DNA of 22,080 bases from Myxococcota bacterium (GTDB taxonomy: Bacteria > Myxococcota_A > UBA796 > GCA-2862545): assembly GCA_039208735.1 (NCBI GenBank), contig JBCCQY010000157.1, positions 1-22,080 of the forward strand. The letters are read 5' to 3'. Under the pieces are notes generated by a model that had not been told where the DNA came from, searched no databases, and worked only from the letters and a program-made list of their open reading frames with translations. The translations under genes were made by a program, and so were the position numbers. This document shows positions 8,326 through 19,622 of the stretch, piece by piece (the stretch's first letter is position 1; every line of letters starts with the position of its first letter).

Positions 8326-9687
8326 CTAAGCCGGAATGACGAGGCGCAAGGTGCGTTCGGGCTCGACGGTTGGCTCGGCGCCGGCCTCGGCGGCCTCGGG
8401 AGCCATCTTGGCTTCGTACTCACATTCGCGGCGAATCTGCTCACCAAGCCATGCGGTGATGTGCGGGTACTGACCTCGGGTAATGGTCCACCAGCCGTCT
8501 TCGACAGTCACCCAACCCAACTCGGGATTGCGCAGCTGGTCGATCAACATCCGCGCCGCAACACGGTAGCTGGGGTTGGGATGCCGCTGAAGGCCTGAAT
8601 AGTCCAGCGCACCCGTTTCCGGGTGGATGGCCTGGTAGAAGGTCGTGAGGAAATCTGAACCTCGCCCGGAAACCCGCACATCGACGATTTGCAAGGCGTC
8701 TTCGAGATTGACGTCATTGGCCGCCACCTCATTGCCGTCAGCGTCAAACGCCGACTTCACCATCGCTTGGCCCTTCTTGAACTGCGAGATCATACCCGCC
8801 ATGTTCTCGGACCACGCCTCAAGCATCGGCCGCTGCCGAGCCTCGATGGCCGTTCCGAGGAAGATGGCAATCCCGTCCACTAGCATGGCCAAAAACAACG
8901 AGACAAGCGCAGGCTGGTCGGCCTCAACAATCCGGTTGTACGGCGTCAACAACGCAACCTGGGCACCCTGGTCGACGTAATCATCGCGGTTGGGCAACGG
9001 AATGCCGTCCTTCCATTCACCAGGAGTGTTCTGCCACAGCTCGGTGTCGAATTCGAAAATCTCCGCCGGTGTCGAATTCGCAACGTCGAGCGAGTCGATC
9101 GTCTGGCGCATCGCCTCGATTTTGCCGAGCAGAGACCGCGCCTCCACCTCGCGCGCATTCGCCTTATCGATCATGGCCTTGGCCTTAGGTCCAAAGCCCC
9201 GAATCCCCGTGGTCGTCCCGAGCTTGGCCTCTTCGATCGCCTGCTCTTTTTCCGTGCGAGCACGCTCGACTTCACCCTCGACCTTGATGCGGTTCGGCGT
9301 GTAAATCCGTGACACGAACTCGGCGTGGGCAGTCTGAGCGACCGACAACTGCCGACGCTGATCGGCATCCTTCGCGAGCTGCTCGTAATAGCTGAAGAAG
9401 CTCGTGTAGATCGAGGCCGCCGCGAAGCAGAACACCGCGAACCAACGACGCACCGGCGCCTCGCGCATCGCAAAGCCACCAAGCAGCATGAACAAGAACG
9501 TCTGGACCGAGATCCCAATGATGTCCCCCATCGGGGGCGGGAGGATCTGACGAGCGCCCAACACGGTCGTGTAGGCACTGGCGATGTTGAGCGCTGCGAG
9601 AAGGAAAAGCAGCATCCAATCGCGGTTCTTCAACCACGACGGCATGCCCCGGCTCCGGCTCTTCTTCCTCCGGGCGGTTTCGGCCAC
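8326..9687 (-). CDS. Membrane protein, DUF4407-like (3 TM + coiled coil + TM + C-terminal domain)
   Basis: GGAG precedes GTG 9687 (about 453 aa). Three N-terminal hydrophobic helices, a coiled coil containing EAKLGTTTGIRGFGP (resembles the Gly-rich motif I recall for DUF4407), and a fourth TM LVSLFLAMLVDGIAIFLG. Confidence 0.7.
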   Translation of the reverse strand: MAETARRKKSRSRGMPSWLKNRDWMLLFLLAALNIASAYTTVLGARQILPPPMGDIIGISVQTFLFMLLGGFAMREAPVRRWFAVFCFAAASIYTSFFSYYEQLAKDADQRRQLSVAQTAHAEFVSRIYTPNRIKVEGEVERARTEKEQAIEEAKLGTTTGIRGFGPKAKAMIDKANAREVEARSLLGKIEAMRQTIDSLDVANSTPAEIFEFDTELWQNTPGEWKDGIPLPNRDDYVDQGAQVALLTPYNRIVEADQPALVSLFLAMLVDGIAIFLGTAIEARQRPMLEAWSENMAGMISQFKKGQAMVKSAFDADGNEVAANDVNLEDALQIVDVRVSGRGSDFLTTFYQAIHPETGALDYSGLQRHPNPSYRVAARMLIDQLRNPELGWVTVEDGWWTITRGQYPHITAWLGEQIRRECEYEAKMAPEAAEAGAEPTVEPERTLRLVIPA

Positions 9688-9981
9688 AAAGCTCTCCAGT
9701 AAGGCAGGGGTGCGGGGGGAGCCGCCTCGACGCGGACGGTCGGGGGGAAGGCGGTCGTCAGCCGCACATGAGCTTATCCGTAAGTACACCCCGCTGCGAC
9801 ACACCTAGACCCCAACTCGCATTTGCGGGCGCATCTGGCGTACCCGACCCCGCTGGTTCCCCGCTCTCTCCCTGGTCTTGAGCAGCTTGCATCGGTGCGG
9901 TCACGGCGCGGTTCGATTTTCAGCCCCTCGGTTGTGGCACCGGAGGGGTCGTGGCGCGTGCAACAGGGTAAACTCGCGGCG

Positions 9982-12900
9982 ATGGACGCTTCACTTCCTG
10001 ACGGTTGGATGGCCACAGCTCCCTCCTTCCCGGCTCCCGGCGGCGGCGAAATGCGCCGACTGGAAGGTCCCCGGGGCGAGACGGGCATGGCCATCAAGTT
10101 CCGCAACGACCTCGCGGCCCACCCCATCTTGGTGGACGGTCTGACCGAGCTGACCCGCTTTATGCGGAACCCGGGACACCGCGCCGTTGCGCCGTTGCTC
10201 CATTGGGATCGGCGCCAGGCGTTGTTTATCTACGACATCGGCAACAAGGTCCTCCTCGCCGACATCATCGACCGCAGCCAGTGGCGCGACCAGATCCCGG
10301 GCGAACGCGTCGCCATGGAACTGCTGGTCTCTGCCTCGGTGGTGCTCGATGGCGCAGCCCGCGAAGCGACACGTGTGGGCATCACGAACCACGGCAGCCT
10401 CGATCCGTGGCACGTGTTGGTGGACCGCGACGGCAGTCTGTCGCTTCTCGCCTACGGCCTCCCCCCTATGGACGCCATCGCATGGCTGGACGAAAACGGT
10501 CCTCTGCCCGAGCGTGGCATTGGCTACTGGCCCCCCGAACGCATCGATGACAGCCGTCCTGAAGGCGTCTTTTCCGACATCTACGCCATGGCCGTCATGG
10601 CGACAGAACTCGCGATCGGACACCCGATCCTCGATGAATCCCAGCCTGGAAATGCGATAAAGACCATTCTAGGTATGGGAGGCCTACGGGCCCAGGTGCA
10701 AGAACTCGGCGGGCTCACCCGCGATGTGCGCCAGCTGTTGATGGAACTCCTCCACGAAGAGGAAGATCTCCGGCCTCCCACGGCTGGCGAAATGGGCATG
10801 CGAGCCCGACAACTCATGAATCAACTCTCTGGCAAGACCCTCGCCGAGCTGGCGCAGAGCGCTGTAGGGGCGGAAGCCCCTTCACCGTCGACCCTCCACA
10901 GCGGCCAAACGTTGGTGCCAGGACGCCCCCTCGCCGAACGCGATGACTTCGACCTTCTCGAAGACGACCCCCTCACTCAAGGCTACGTCGACGACCAAAA
11001 GGACGACGACGACCCGCCAACCAGCACGCTCGACCCGCTTTGGGCGGCCCCCGAATCCCCCACTTCGCAGCGGGATCCGCTCTGGGACGATGGCCCCGCG
11101 TCTGCCGAAGACACCTGGGAAATGGCGGCGGTCGACGACGATCTAGCCGAGCCTACGGTCGAGCTACCCACGATGAAGGTGTGGGATGAGGACGTCGAGG
11201 ACGACAACACGATCCACACCGCGGTGCCGCATCACGACGATCTGTCAGAAGAGGTCCCCCGCGCGATCCCGGAGGCTCAATACGAAACCTCTGGCGTGTT
11301 CAATTCGCTGGGCCCAGCCGATTCAGACTTTCCCCCTCGACCACCGACCGACGAACAACTGCGCGATGAACTGACCGATCCCCAGGGTTGGTCACAGCGT
11401 CGGTGGGACGACACGGACGATGCCTTGCTCGACGCCCCTGAACCCTCCATGGTCGACCCGATCGACCTGGGTGACGACGAAGGACCGACGTTCGAACACG
11501 ACCCCGAGGGGCTCAATCACGTCGTGAAGGGCTTTACGACGGATCAGCCCACCTACTTCTCGGAAGACATCGAAAAGGCCGAAGCCGATGCCCGTCGAGC
11601 CCGCGATGCGGAGATCGAAGCGGCCGTCGCAGCTCGCGAGGAAGAAGAAGCGAGGGCTGAACGGCTCTTGTCGGAGCTACCCCCGATCGACGAGCCCTCG
11701 TTTGGCCGCGAAGCAACCGTGGACCAGTACGCAGCCGACGAGGATTGGGGCGCCGATGAGCCGGGTACCGGTCCGGTGACCATGTCGATCTTCGAGCCGA
11801 TGGGACCCGCCCCCGAAGTGTGGTCCGGTCAGTTCGAGACGCCCTACACCGAGGAAGAGGAACTTGACGACGTCGACGTCGATCCGGTCGACCCCCCGAT
11901 CAGCCTCACCGCGGCTCGCGAAGCCTGGCCCGACGCCCCGCATCAGATCCTGCTCACCGCCTCGAAGGTCGACCTCGACGCCCAACGGGTCCTCCACGAT
12001 CACGGCGGGCTCGTTTCGCTCTCGGAACACCAAACGGCTCTGCTTGCCTACCTCGCGGCCCGACCCGGCCGAGAGATCACGAGCGACGAGCTGTTTCACG
12101 GTGCCATGCGAGGCCGCGAAGGGTCAGCCAAGAGCGTTCCTGGCATTATCGCGCGCCTCCGCAACAAGACGGAGCGGGACCCCAAGGAGCCGGACCACCT
12201 CCTCGACGGCGAAGCAGGTGGCTACCTCTTTGTCGCCGGCGAATCGTCCTCACCAGGACCGAGCCCCCTTCCCGAACCCGCCGGGCCCCTGCACGGTCGT
12301 GACCGTGAACTGTTCGACGTCATTGGAGCCCTCCACGAAGACGCTCTCGTCACGGTGGTCGGTCCTCCAGGGGCGGGCGCTTCCCAAGTCGCCTTGCGGG
12401 CCGCGATCGCCATGGCCGAGGAAGGCTTCGAGGTCCACCGCGCCCCGGTTGGCGGTGGTGAGTCGGTCGCGAGCGTGCTCGCCCGTGGCCTCGGGATTCG
12501 CCGCCTCACCCGCGAAGATCACGAAGTCCTCAACGACATCGGGCGGCGCCTCTCCGAACAGGAAGACCTCGTGCTCTTCCTCGACGCACCCCAAGAGCGG
12601 CCTGGTCTGCGAGACATCGTCCAACGCTGGATGCATCAGCGGCCCCGCGGGGTCATTCTCGTCGCAGCGCGGGGAGCCCTCGAGTTGCCGGGCGAACGGG
12701 TGTTCCGGCTCGGCTCGCTGTCGATCGAAGAGGCCATCGAACTGTTCCGGAAGCGGGTCTCGCACTACCGACCTGGTTCGCAGGTCCCCGACGAGCTGGC
12801 GGCAGCGGTAGCCGAGCACCTCGATCGCATGCCGCTCGCGCTTGAAGCTGCGGCCGCACGAACGGCGTTCGTGTCGCCCGACGTTTTGCGTCGGCGTCTC

Positions 12901-14529
12901 GATCAAGGCCTCGAACTCGAGTGGGGCGAAGGCGGCCTCGACGCCGACCTTGCGGCCACCCTCGAGCGGGTCGATGCCCTCGAAATGAAGGCCCTCGAAC
13001 AGCTCGTCGTGTTCCGCGATGGGTTCGAGTTGTCGGCTGCAGAGTCGGTTGTTCGTCTGCCCGACGCAACTCGAAGCCTGATCACCGTGCTCGACTCCCT
13101 CGCGGCCAAGTCCTTGCTCCATGTGACCTCCCCCGGCAACACCGTGCAGGTGCGCTGGATGCTCTACGAGACCGTGCGGGCCCACGTCCGTCGCGGGATG
13201 GACGCCCAGGAACTCGAAGAGGCTCAGCGGCGCCATGCCGAGACCTTCGGCCAGCTTGGGCTCAAGCTCGGGGCTGGACCGTGGGTCGAACGGCCCGCCC
13301 GTGAGTCGCTCGTTCGGGAGCAGGAAAACCTTCGCGCCGCCCTTCAGTATTCGATTCCCGAATCGGGAGGAGCCGCCCTGGGGCTCACCAGCATCCTGGG
13401 CTACGAAGACGCCGGACGCCTCCGCGAGGCCGTCGACCGTTGGCTGGGAGACCACAAACGAACCCCTCCAAGCCGGTCAGACCTCGATCTGCTCAATCCG
13501 AAGCCCACCCAAGAGGCCTTCGACTGGACGAATCGCGAAAGCCTGACGTGGCAGGCGGCGGCTCGGCTGGCGAGCGCTCGACTCGATCTGCACCTCGGCC
13601 AGCCCCAAAAGGCCCGTTCATCTCTTCGCGAGGCCGCCGAATTGGCGACGCACGAGGTGAAACTGCTCGCCGAAGTTGCGTGGCTCCATGCTGAACTGGG
13701 CAGCACCTTCGAGAGCGAGGCAGCGCTCAACAAAGTTTCGTCGGCCGACGAGTGGGTCCGCGGCGTCATCGCTTTGATGCGGGGGCGGATCCACGCTGCC
13801 AAGACGAACATGCGCAAGGCGGAGCGTGCGTTTCACGAGGCGCGACACGCCTTTGGCGAACTCGATGCAGACATTGGCAAGGCCCACGTCCAACGACACC
13901 TCGCCGAGGTCTATGTGGACAGAGGCCGCGGACGACGGGCCATCTCTCTGGTTCGCGAAGCCCTCGAGACGTTCGAAGACGTCCTCGACATTCCCAGTGG
14001 GCTGCGTTGCCGGATGCGAATCGCCGAGCTGCTAGTCGGACTTGGGGAACGGGAAGATGCCCTGGCCGACCTCGATGAAATCACATCGACGGCCAAGCAG
14101 TTCTCGGCCAACGGATTGCTTGCGCTGGCTCGAGGGATCCTTGGGGTTGTTCGGACGATGGATCGCGATTTCGAAGAGGGAGAACGCCTCTTCTTCCTCG
14201 CCCTAGCCGGATCGGCGCCCGATCAGAAGCGCATTCAAGCCCTGTTCTCGTTGGCACTCTTGCTTCAGGGCGACCGCGACTCCGCCCACGAAGAAGCCCG
14301 TGGCGCCTTGCCCAACTCGGTTGCCCAGGCCGTCGTGGCGGTGTTGGAACGGACCGGGGCCCCCCACGAGAACGAGACCGCATTCTTGCTCTATGAAGCG
14401 ATCGAATCGTGGCGTTCCGGTGCGGCGCTGGCCCGCTTCGACGCCGAGCTTGCCGATCGGCCGTCCATCGCGGTTCGGATGGTGCTCCAATGTCCCCAGC
14501 CGAAACTTAGGAATCTCGCTGGGAAGTAG
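9982..14529 (+). CDS. Multidomain regulator: pseudokinase + acidic disordered linker + OmpR/PhoB-type wHTH + degenerate STAND (AfsR-like) ATPase + TPRs
   Basis: Likely start ATG 9982, because its N-terminus aligns with the 5042 paralog. Kinase-fold motifs NHGSLDPWHVLV, AYG, YWPPERI and SDIYAM. wHTH at about 11947-12234 (LLAYLAARPGREITSDEL...RLRNKTERDPKEPDHLL). P-loop region LVTVVGPPGAGAS, LVLFLD, LDRMPLALEAAAAR, WMLYETVR. Helical repeats at the C-terminus. Confidence 0.85.
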   Translation: MDASLPDGWMATAPSFPAPGGGEMRRLEGPRGETGMAIKFRNDLAAHPILVDGLTELTRFMRNPGHRAVAPLLHWDRRQALFIYDIGNKVLLADIIDRSQWRDQIPGERVAMELLVSASVVLDGAAREATRVGITNHGSLDPWHVLVDRDGSLSLLAYGLPPMDAIAWLDENGPLPERGIGYWPPERIDDSRPEGVFSDIYAMAVMATELAIGHPILDESQPGNAIKTILGMGGLRAQVQELGGLTRDVRQLLMELLHEEEDLRPPTAGEMGMRARQLMNQLSGKTLAELAQSAVGAEAPSPSTLHSGQTLVPGRPLAERDDFDLLEDDPLTQGYVDDQKDDDDPPTSTLDPLWAAPESPTSQRDPLWDDGPASAEDTWEMAAVDDDLAEPTVELPTMKVWDEDVEDDNTIHTAVPHHDDLSEEVPRAIPEAQYETSGVFNSLGPADSDFPPRPPTDEQLRDELTDPQGWSQRRWDDTDDALLDAPEPSMVDPIDLGDDEGPTFEHDPEGLNHVVKGFTTDQPTYFSEDIEKAEADARRARDAEIEAAVAAREEEEARAERLLSELPPIDEPSFGREATVDQYAADEDWGADEPGTGPVTMSIFEPMGPAPEVWSGQFETPYTEEEELDDVDVDPVDPPISLTAAREAWPDAPHQILLTASKVDLDAQRVLHDHGGLVSLSEHQTALLAYLAARPGREITSDELFHGAMRGREGSAKSVPGIIARLRNKTERDPKEPDHLLDGEAGGYLFVAGESSSPGPSPLPEPAGPLHGRDRELFDVIGALHEDALVTVVGPPGAGASQVALRAAIAMAEEGFEVHRAPVGGGESVASVLARGLGIRRLTREDHEVLNDIGRRLSEQEDLVLFLDAPQERPGLRDIVQRWMHQRPRGVILVAARGALELPGERVFRLGSLSIEEAIELFRKRVSHYRPGSQVPDELAAAVAEHLDRMPLALEAAAARTAFVSPDVLRRRLDQGLELEWGEGGLDADLAATLERVDALEMKALEQLVVFRDGFELSAAESVVRLPDATRSLITVLDSLAAKSLLHVTSPGNTVQVRWMLYETVRAHVRRGMDAQELEEAQRRHAETFGQLGLKLGAGPWVERPARESLVREQENLRAALQYSIPESGGAALGLTSILGYEDAGRLREAVDRWLGDHKRTPPSRSDLDLLNPKPTQEAFDWTNRESLTWQAAARLASARLDLHLGQPQKARSSLREAAELATHEVKLLAEVAWLHAELGSTFESEAALNKVSSADEWVRGVIALMRGRIHAAKTNMRKAERAFHEARHAFGELDADIGKAHVQRHLAEVYVDRGRGRRAISLVREALETFEDVLDIPSGLRCRMRIAELLVGLGEREDALADLDEITSTAKQFSANGLLALARGILGVVRTMDRDFEEGERLFFLALAGSAPDQKRIQALFSLALLLQGDRDSAHEEARGALPNSVAQAVVAVLERTGAPHENETAFLLYEAIESWRSGAALARFDAELADRPSIAVRMVLQCPQPKLRNLAGK

Positions 14530-14965
14530 CGTCGTTGCTGCGGGCCACGTCGAGCCCGCACAACGTCAGGACGAGGCTCGCAAACCCTCCCCCAAGGCCC
14601 AGCATGGGGGCCACGAGTCCCACCGCATACCAGGGCAGCGCGAGCTGGCCGGGAATCAACGCAACGCCCACGTAGGAAAGCGCCACTGCGATGCCACCAA
14701 GCACCGCGGTGCGTTGGGCCACGATGCGTAGCGCGGCACGCACCAGCAGACCCTGGGGCTTGCCGACTCGCACCGCCCACGCCCACGCTCCAAACAACAT
14801 GGCCCCTGCGACCCAGCCAAACAGGGGCGACAGACCCATTGGGGTCGCCAACATGAGCACGATGCCCACGGCAACCGTGAACATCTGGACGGCGAATACC
14901 TCAAAAGAGGAGCGCCAAGGGACCGACGAGGGGCCGCCGAACGGATCACGAGGTTGGGCTACCAT
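14507..14965 (-). CDS. Small hypothetical membrane protein (about 152 aa, about 4 TM)
   Basis: ATG 14965 lies 37 nt downstream of the ahcY stop on the same strand. Four hydrophobic segments. It overlaps the end of the convergent gene by 23 nt. Confidence 0.6.
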   Translation of the reverse strand: MVAQPRDPFGGPSSVPWRSSFEVFAVQMFTVAVGIVLMLATPMGLSPLFGWVAGAMLFGAWAWAVRVGKPQGLLVRAALRIVAQRTAVLGGIAVALSYVGVALIPGQLALPWYAVGLVAPMLGLGGGFASLVLTLCGLDVARSNDATSQRDS

Positions 14966-15002
14966 GATGCCACCCCGTATCGATCCAACGGCCCCAACGT
15001 TG

Positions 15003-16544
<1,542 letters not shown>

Positions 16545-16569
16545 GAGTTCTCCTGGACAAAACTTCTTC

Positions 16570-16593
16570 ATCCGTTCATCCGGATGAGCGGAT
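16570..16593. promoter_or_regulatory. 24-bp near-perfect palindrome in the ahcY/ptrB divergent intergenic region; candidate transcription-factor operator
   Basis: ATCCGTTCATCCGGATGAGCGGAT has 11 of 12 pairs complementary and sits 25 nt upstream of the ahcY start. Confidence 0.5.
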
Positions 16594-16652
16594 TCAATCA
16601 CCGTGAGAACGTAACGTCTTCCTCTGGGGGACCCAAGGGTTACGCGCTGACG

Positions 16653-18731
16653 ATGAGCAACCCACCAAAAGCCGATCGCCGACCCCATGTTCATCTCGAG
16701 CATGGCGTCGAACGCGAAGATCCCTACTTTTGGCTTCGTGAACGTGAAAACCCGGATGTGCTGGCTCACCTAAAGGCTGAGAACGCCTGGACGGACCGCC
16801 AAATCGCCCATCTGTCGCCGCTTGAGCAACGGCTCTACGAAGAAATGGTGGGCCGCATCCAAGAGGATGATGACAGTGCCCCCGTCCCTCACGGGCCCTG
16901 GGAGTACTTCCATCGGACCTTCGAGGGCAAGTCGTATTCGGCGTTTTGCCGACGGAAGCGCGGAGACGCCACGGCGACGGTGCAGACGTTGCTCGACGAA
17001 AATGAGCTGGCGGAAGGTCACGAATTCACCTCCGTATCTATGATTTCGGTGAGCCCCGACCATCGACAGCTCGCCTATGCGATCGACCACGACGGAAACG
17101 AAATCTATGAGATTCGGTTTCTCGACCTCGAAACCGGGGAAACACTGGACGATCGTATCGCGGACGCCGCGCCCTCCTTTGCTTGGTCCGCCGATTGTCG
17201 CACCGTCTACTGGCTCGAGATGGACGACGCCCAGCGCAACTACCGGCTTCACCGAAAAACGTTGGGCGAACCCGATTCCGACGCAGTTCTGTTCCAGGAA
17301 GACGACGAACGGTTTTCGCTGTCGATCTACCTCGAACGCGATCAGTCCTCTGTGGTGCTCTACGTTGCCAGCAACGTGACCACCGAACTGCATCTCCTCG
17401 ATGCGCACGATCCTGCAGCGTCGCTGGTCATGGTTCATCCTCGCCAACACGAGATTCGGTACGAGATCGAGCCCCAGGGCGACACGATTTGGATCGCGAC
17501 CAACGCCGAAGTGGGCCCGGACGGCACCCTGCGCCCGGACGCGCCAAATCGCCGCCTCTTGCGCACGACCCGTGACAAGCTCGGCGCGGCGCATTGGGAA
17601 CCCGTCTTGCCCCATCGGGACGATGTCCAAATCGTAGGCCTGACCGCCTTCGCTCGTCACTTGGTGCTCCTCGAACGAACCGACGGGCAGCTGCAGATCC
17701 GCATCCAGGCGTCAGATGGCTCGTCGGACACCGTCCTCGACATGCCCGAAGCTGTCTCGACGGTGTCGCTGGCGTCGAATCCGGAATTCGAGAGCGAGTG
17801 GCTTCGGTTCCGCTATACATCGATGACCACGCCTGCTTCCGTGTTCCGCGTGCATCTCGACCGCCATGACCGCGAGCTCGTCAAGCAAACACCGGTTCCA
17901 ACCTACGACCCGAGCCGCTACGAGACAGAGCGACGGACGGCGGTGGCTCCGGATGGCACGGTGGTTCCGATGTCGCTGGTGCGGCGGCGTGACGTCACCC
18001 CCTCCGCCAGCACGCCACTGTTGGTCTACGGCTACGGCTCCTACGGCATCACGAACCTCCCCATGTTCCGAGCCACTCGCGTCTCCCTGCTCGACCGAGG
18101 GTTGGTGTTCGTCATCGCCCACGTGCGAGGGAGTTCATTTTACGGACGCAAGTGGTACGAGACCGGCAAGCTCGCCCACAAGACCAACACGTTCACCGAC
18201 TTCATCGCATGCATCGAAGGCCTCCACGCCGACGGCATCGGAACGCCAGAGACGACATCGATTCTGGGCGGGAGCGCAGGGGGCTTACTGGTCGGGGCGG
18301 TGATCAACCGAGCGCCCCAACTGATGAAGGCCGCGGTGGCCGCCGTACCCTTCGTCGACGTCGTCACGACGATGTTGGATGCGAGCCTGCCGCTGACGGC
18401 CCGCGAATGGGACGAGTGGGGCAATCCACAAGAACGTGAAGCGTTCGATCGGATGCTTACGTACTCGCCTTACGACAACGTTACCGCCCAGGACTACCCC
18501 AATCTGTTCGTGCTCGCGGGCCTCAACGACAGCCGGGTGCAGTATTGGGAGCCCGCCAAATGGGTGGCCCGACTTCGGGATCGTGCCACGGCCGGTGAGA
18601 TCCTCCTTCGCACAAACATGGGTGCTGGACACACGGGGCCCTCGGGTCGGTACGGCTACCTACGCGAGCAGGCCAAGGAATTTGCCTGGATCCTCGACCA
18701 GCTGGGTGCGACCGAACGTCTCGAAGGCTGA
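16653..18731 (+). CDS. ptrB: Oligopeptidase B (protease II, peptidase S9A)
   Basis: N-terminal [20 protein letters not shown], nucleophile [38 protein letters not shown] and GAGH; 692 aa from ATG 16653. Confidence 0.95.
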   Translation: MSNPPKADRRPHVHLEHGVEREDPYFWLRERENPDVLAHLKAENAWTDRQIAHLSPLEQRLYEEMVGRIQEDDDSAPVPHGPWEYFHRTFEGKSYSAFCRRKRGDATATVQTLLDENELAEGHEFTSVSMISVSPDHRQLAYAIDHDGNEIYEIRFLDLETGETLDDRIADAAPSFAWSADCRTVYWLEMDDAQRNYRLHRKTLGEPDSDAVLFQEDDERFSLSIYLERDQSSVVLYVASNVTTELHLLDAHDPAASLVMVHPRQHEIRYEIEPQGDTIWIATNAEVGPDGTLRPDAPNRRLLRTTRDKLGAAHWEPVLPHRDDVQIVGLTAFARHLVLLERTDGQLQIRIQASDGSSDTVLDMPEAVSTVSLASNPEFESEWLRFRYTSMTTPASVFRVHLDRHDRELVKQTPVPTYDPSRYETERRTAVAPDGTVVPMSLVRRRDVTPSASTPLLVYGYGSYGITNLPMFRATRVSLLDRGLVFVIAHVRGSSFYGRKWYETGKLAHKTNTFTDFIACIEGLHADGIGTPETTSILGGSAGGLLVGAVINRAPQLMKAAVAAVPFVDVVTTMLDASLPLTAREWDEWGNPQEREAFDRMLTYSPYDNVTAQDYPNLFVLAGLNDSRVQYWEPAKWVARLRDRATAGEILLRTNMGAGHTGPSGRYGYLREQAKEFAWILDQLGATERLEG

Positions 18732-18772
18732 CCGCGAGCACTCGCAAGGCTACGTCGGGTTCGGAGGACACC

Positions 18773-19621
18773 ATGCGCCGCTCGCTTCCCTTTGCCGTTC
18801 TGTTACTGGCCGCGACGGCCTGTTCGGGCCCCGAGCCCTTGCCCACCATCACCGGTCAGACGGCCGAGACCGGAACGCCGCCCGATCCCACGGCAGCAAC
18901 CGGCGACACCGGCCCGGTGTTTGAGTTCGACGTCGAAAAGGAGTCATTCGCTGCATTCCGAGCAGACAAAGGGGTCACGCTTGGCTCGAACGATGAGGTC
19001 ACCGCGTGGACCGACGTATCGGGCACCCTCACCGCGACCCTCGATCCCCCGGGCACCGACGGCATCAAGATCTTTGTCGATGGCGGGCTGCCCGGTCTCG
19101 ACTTCAATGGCACGAGCAACCTGGTCGCGGAACTCGGCCAGCGCCTTAGCGACGCCACCATCTTCGTCCGGTTTCGCTACGACGCGACCCAGTCCGACAA
19201 CGACTACCTCTACACGGTAGGCGACGGACTGATCGACACCGCCGGGGGCACCCAGATGTCGCTGTCGCGCGGCACCTTCGACGGACAAGGAACGCTCGAA
19301 AGCTACCATTACACCGGCAAGGACGAGCTGTTGGGCGAGCGGATCCGGTCCGACCGATGGATTACGAGCACCCAGATTTACCGCGGCACCAAGCAGAAAG
19401 ACGGCGGGTCGCACCACACGCTCTTCCTCGACGGGGATGACGCCAAGATGGACCTGGCAGATACGGCGTACGACGTTCAGGGAAGCCTTGCGATTGGCAA
19501 CTACCTGAGCGGAGATTTTCGCCTGGCCAACGCCGAGATTCGTCGCTTCGTCATCTTCGACCGCATTCTGACCGATGACGAGATCACGGCGACGGAAGCG
19601 TGGATGGCGGCGGGCAACTAG
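18773..19621 (+). CDS. Lipoprotein with putative LamG/concanavalin-A-like beta-sandwich domain
   Basis: GGAGG RBS; lipobox LLAATAC; Thr/Pro linker. VTAWTDVSG, GLDFNG, LFLDG, LAIG and EIRRFVIFDRILTDDEI resemble LamG-like domains. Confidence 0.75.
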   Translation: MRRSLPFAVLLLAATACSGPEPLPTITGQTAETGTPPDPTAATGDTGPVFEFDVEKESFAAFRADKGVTLGSNDEVTAWTDVSGTLTATLDPPGTDGIKIFVDGGLPGLDFNGTSNLVAELGQRLSDATIFVRFRYDATQSDNDYLYTVGDGLIDTAGGTQMSLSRGTFDGQGTLESYHYTGKDELLGERIRSDRWITSTQIYRGTKQKDGGSHHTLFLDGDDAKMDLADTAYDVQGSLAIGNYLSGDFRLANAEIRRFVIFDRILTDDEITATEAWMAAGN

Positions 19622-19622
19622 C

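Noticed and set aside
9982..14529. Avs/NLR-like anti-phage STAND system
   Set aside because: The ATPase looks AfsR-regulator-like, lacks the Walker A Lys and has no nuclease or other toxic effector. The neighbourhood is not a defence island.
16545..16652. SAH riboswitch upstream of ahcY
   Set aside because: A GAGGAAGACGTTACG stretch is only vaguely similar, and I could not find the required pairing or pseudoknot partners. An Rfam cmscan would be decisive.
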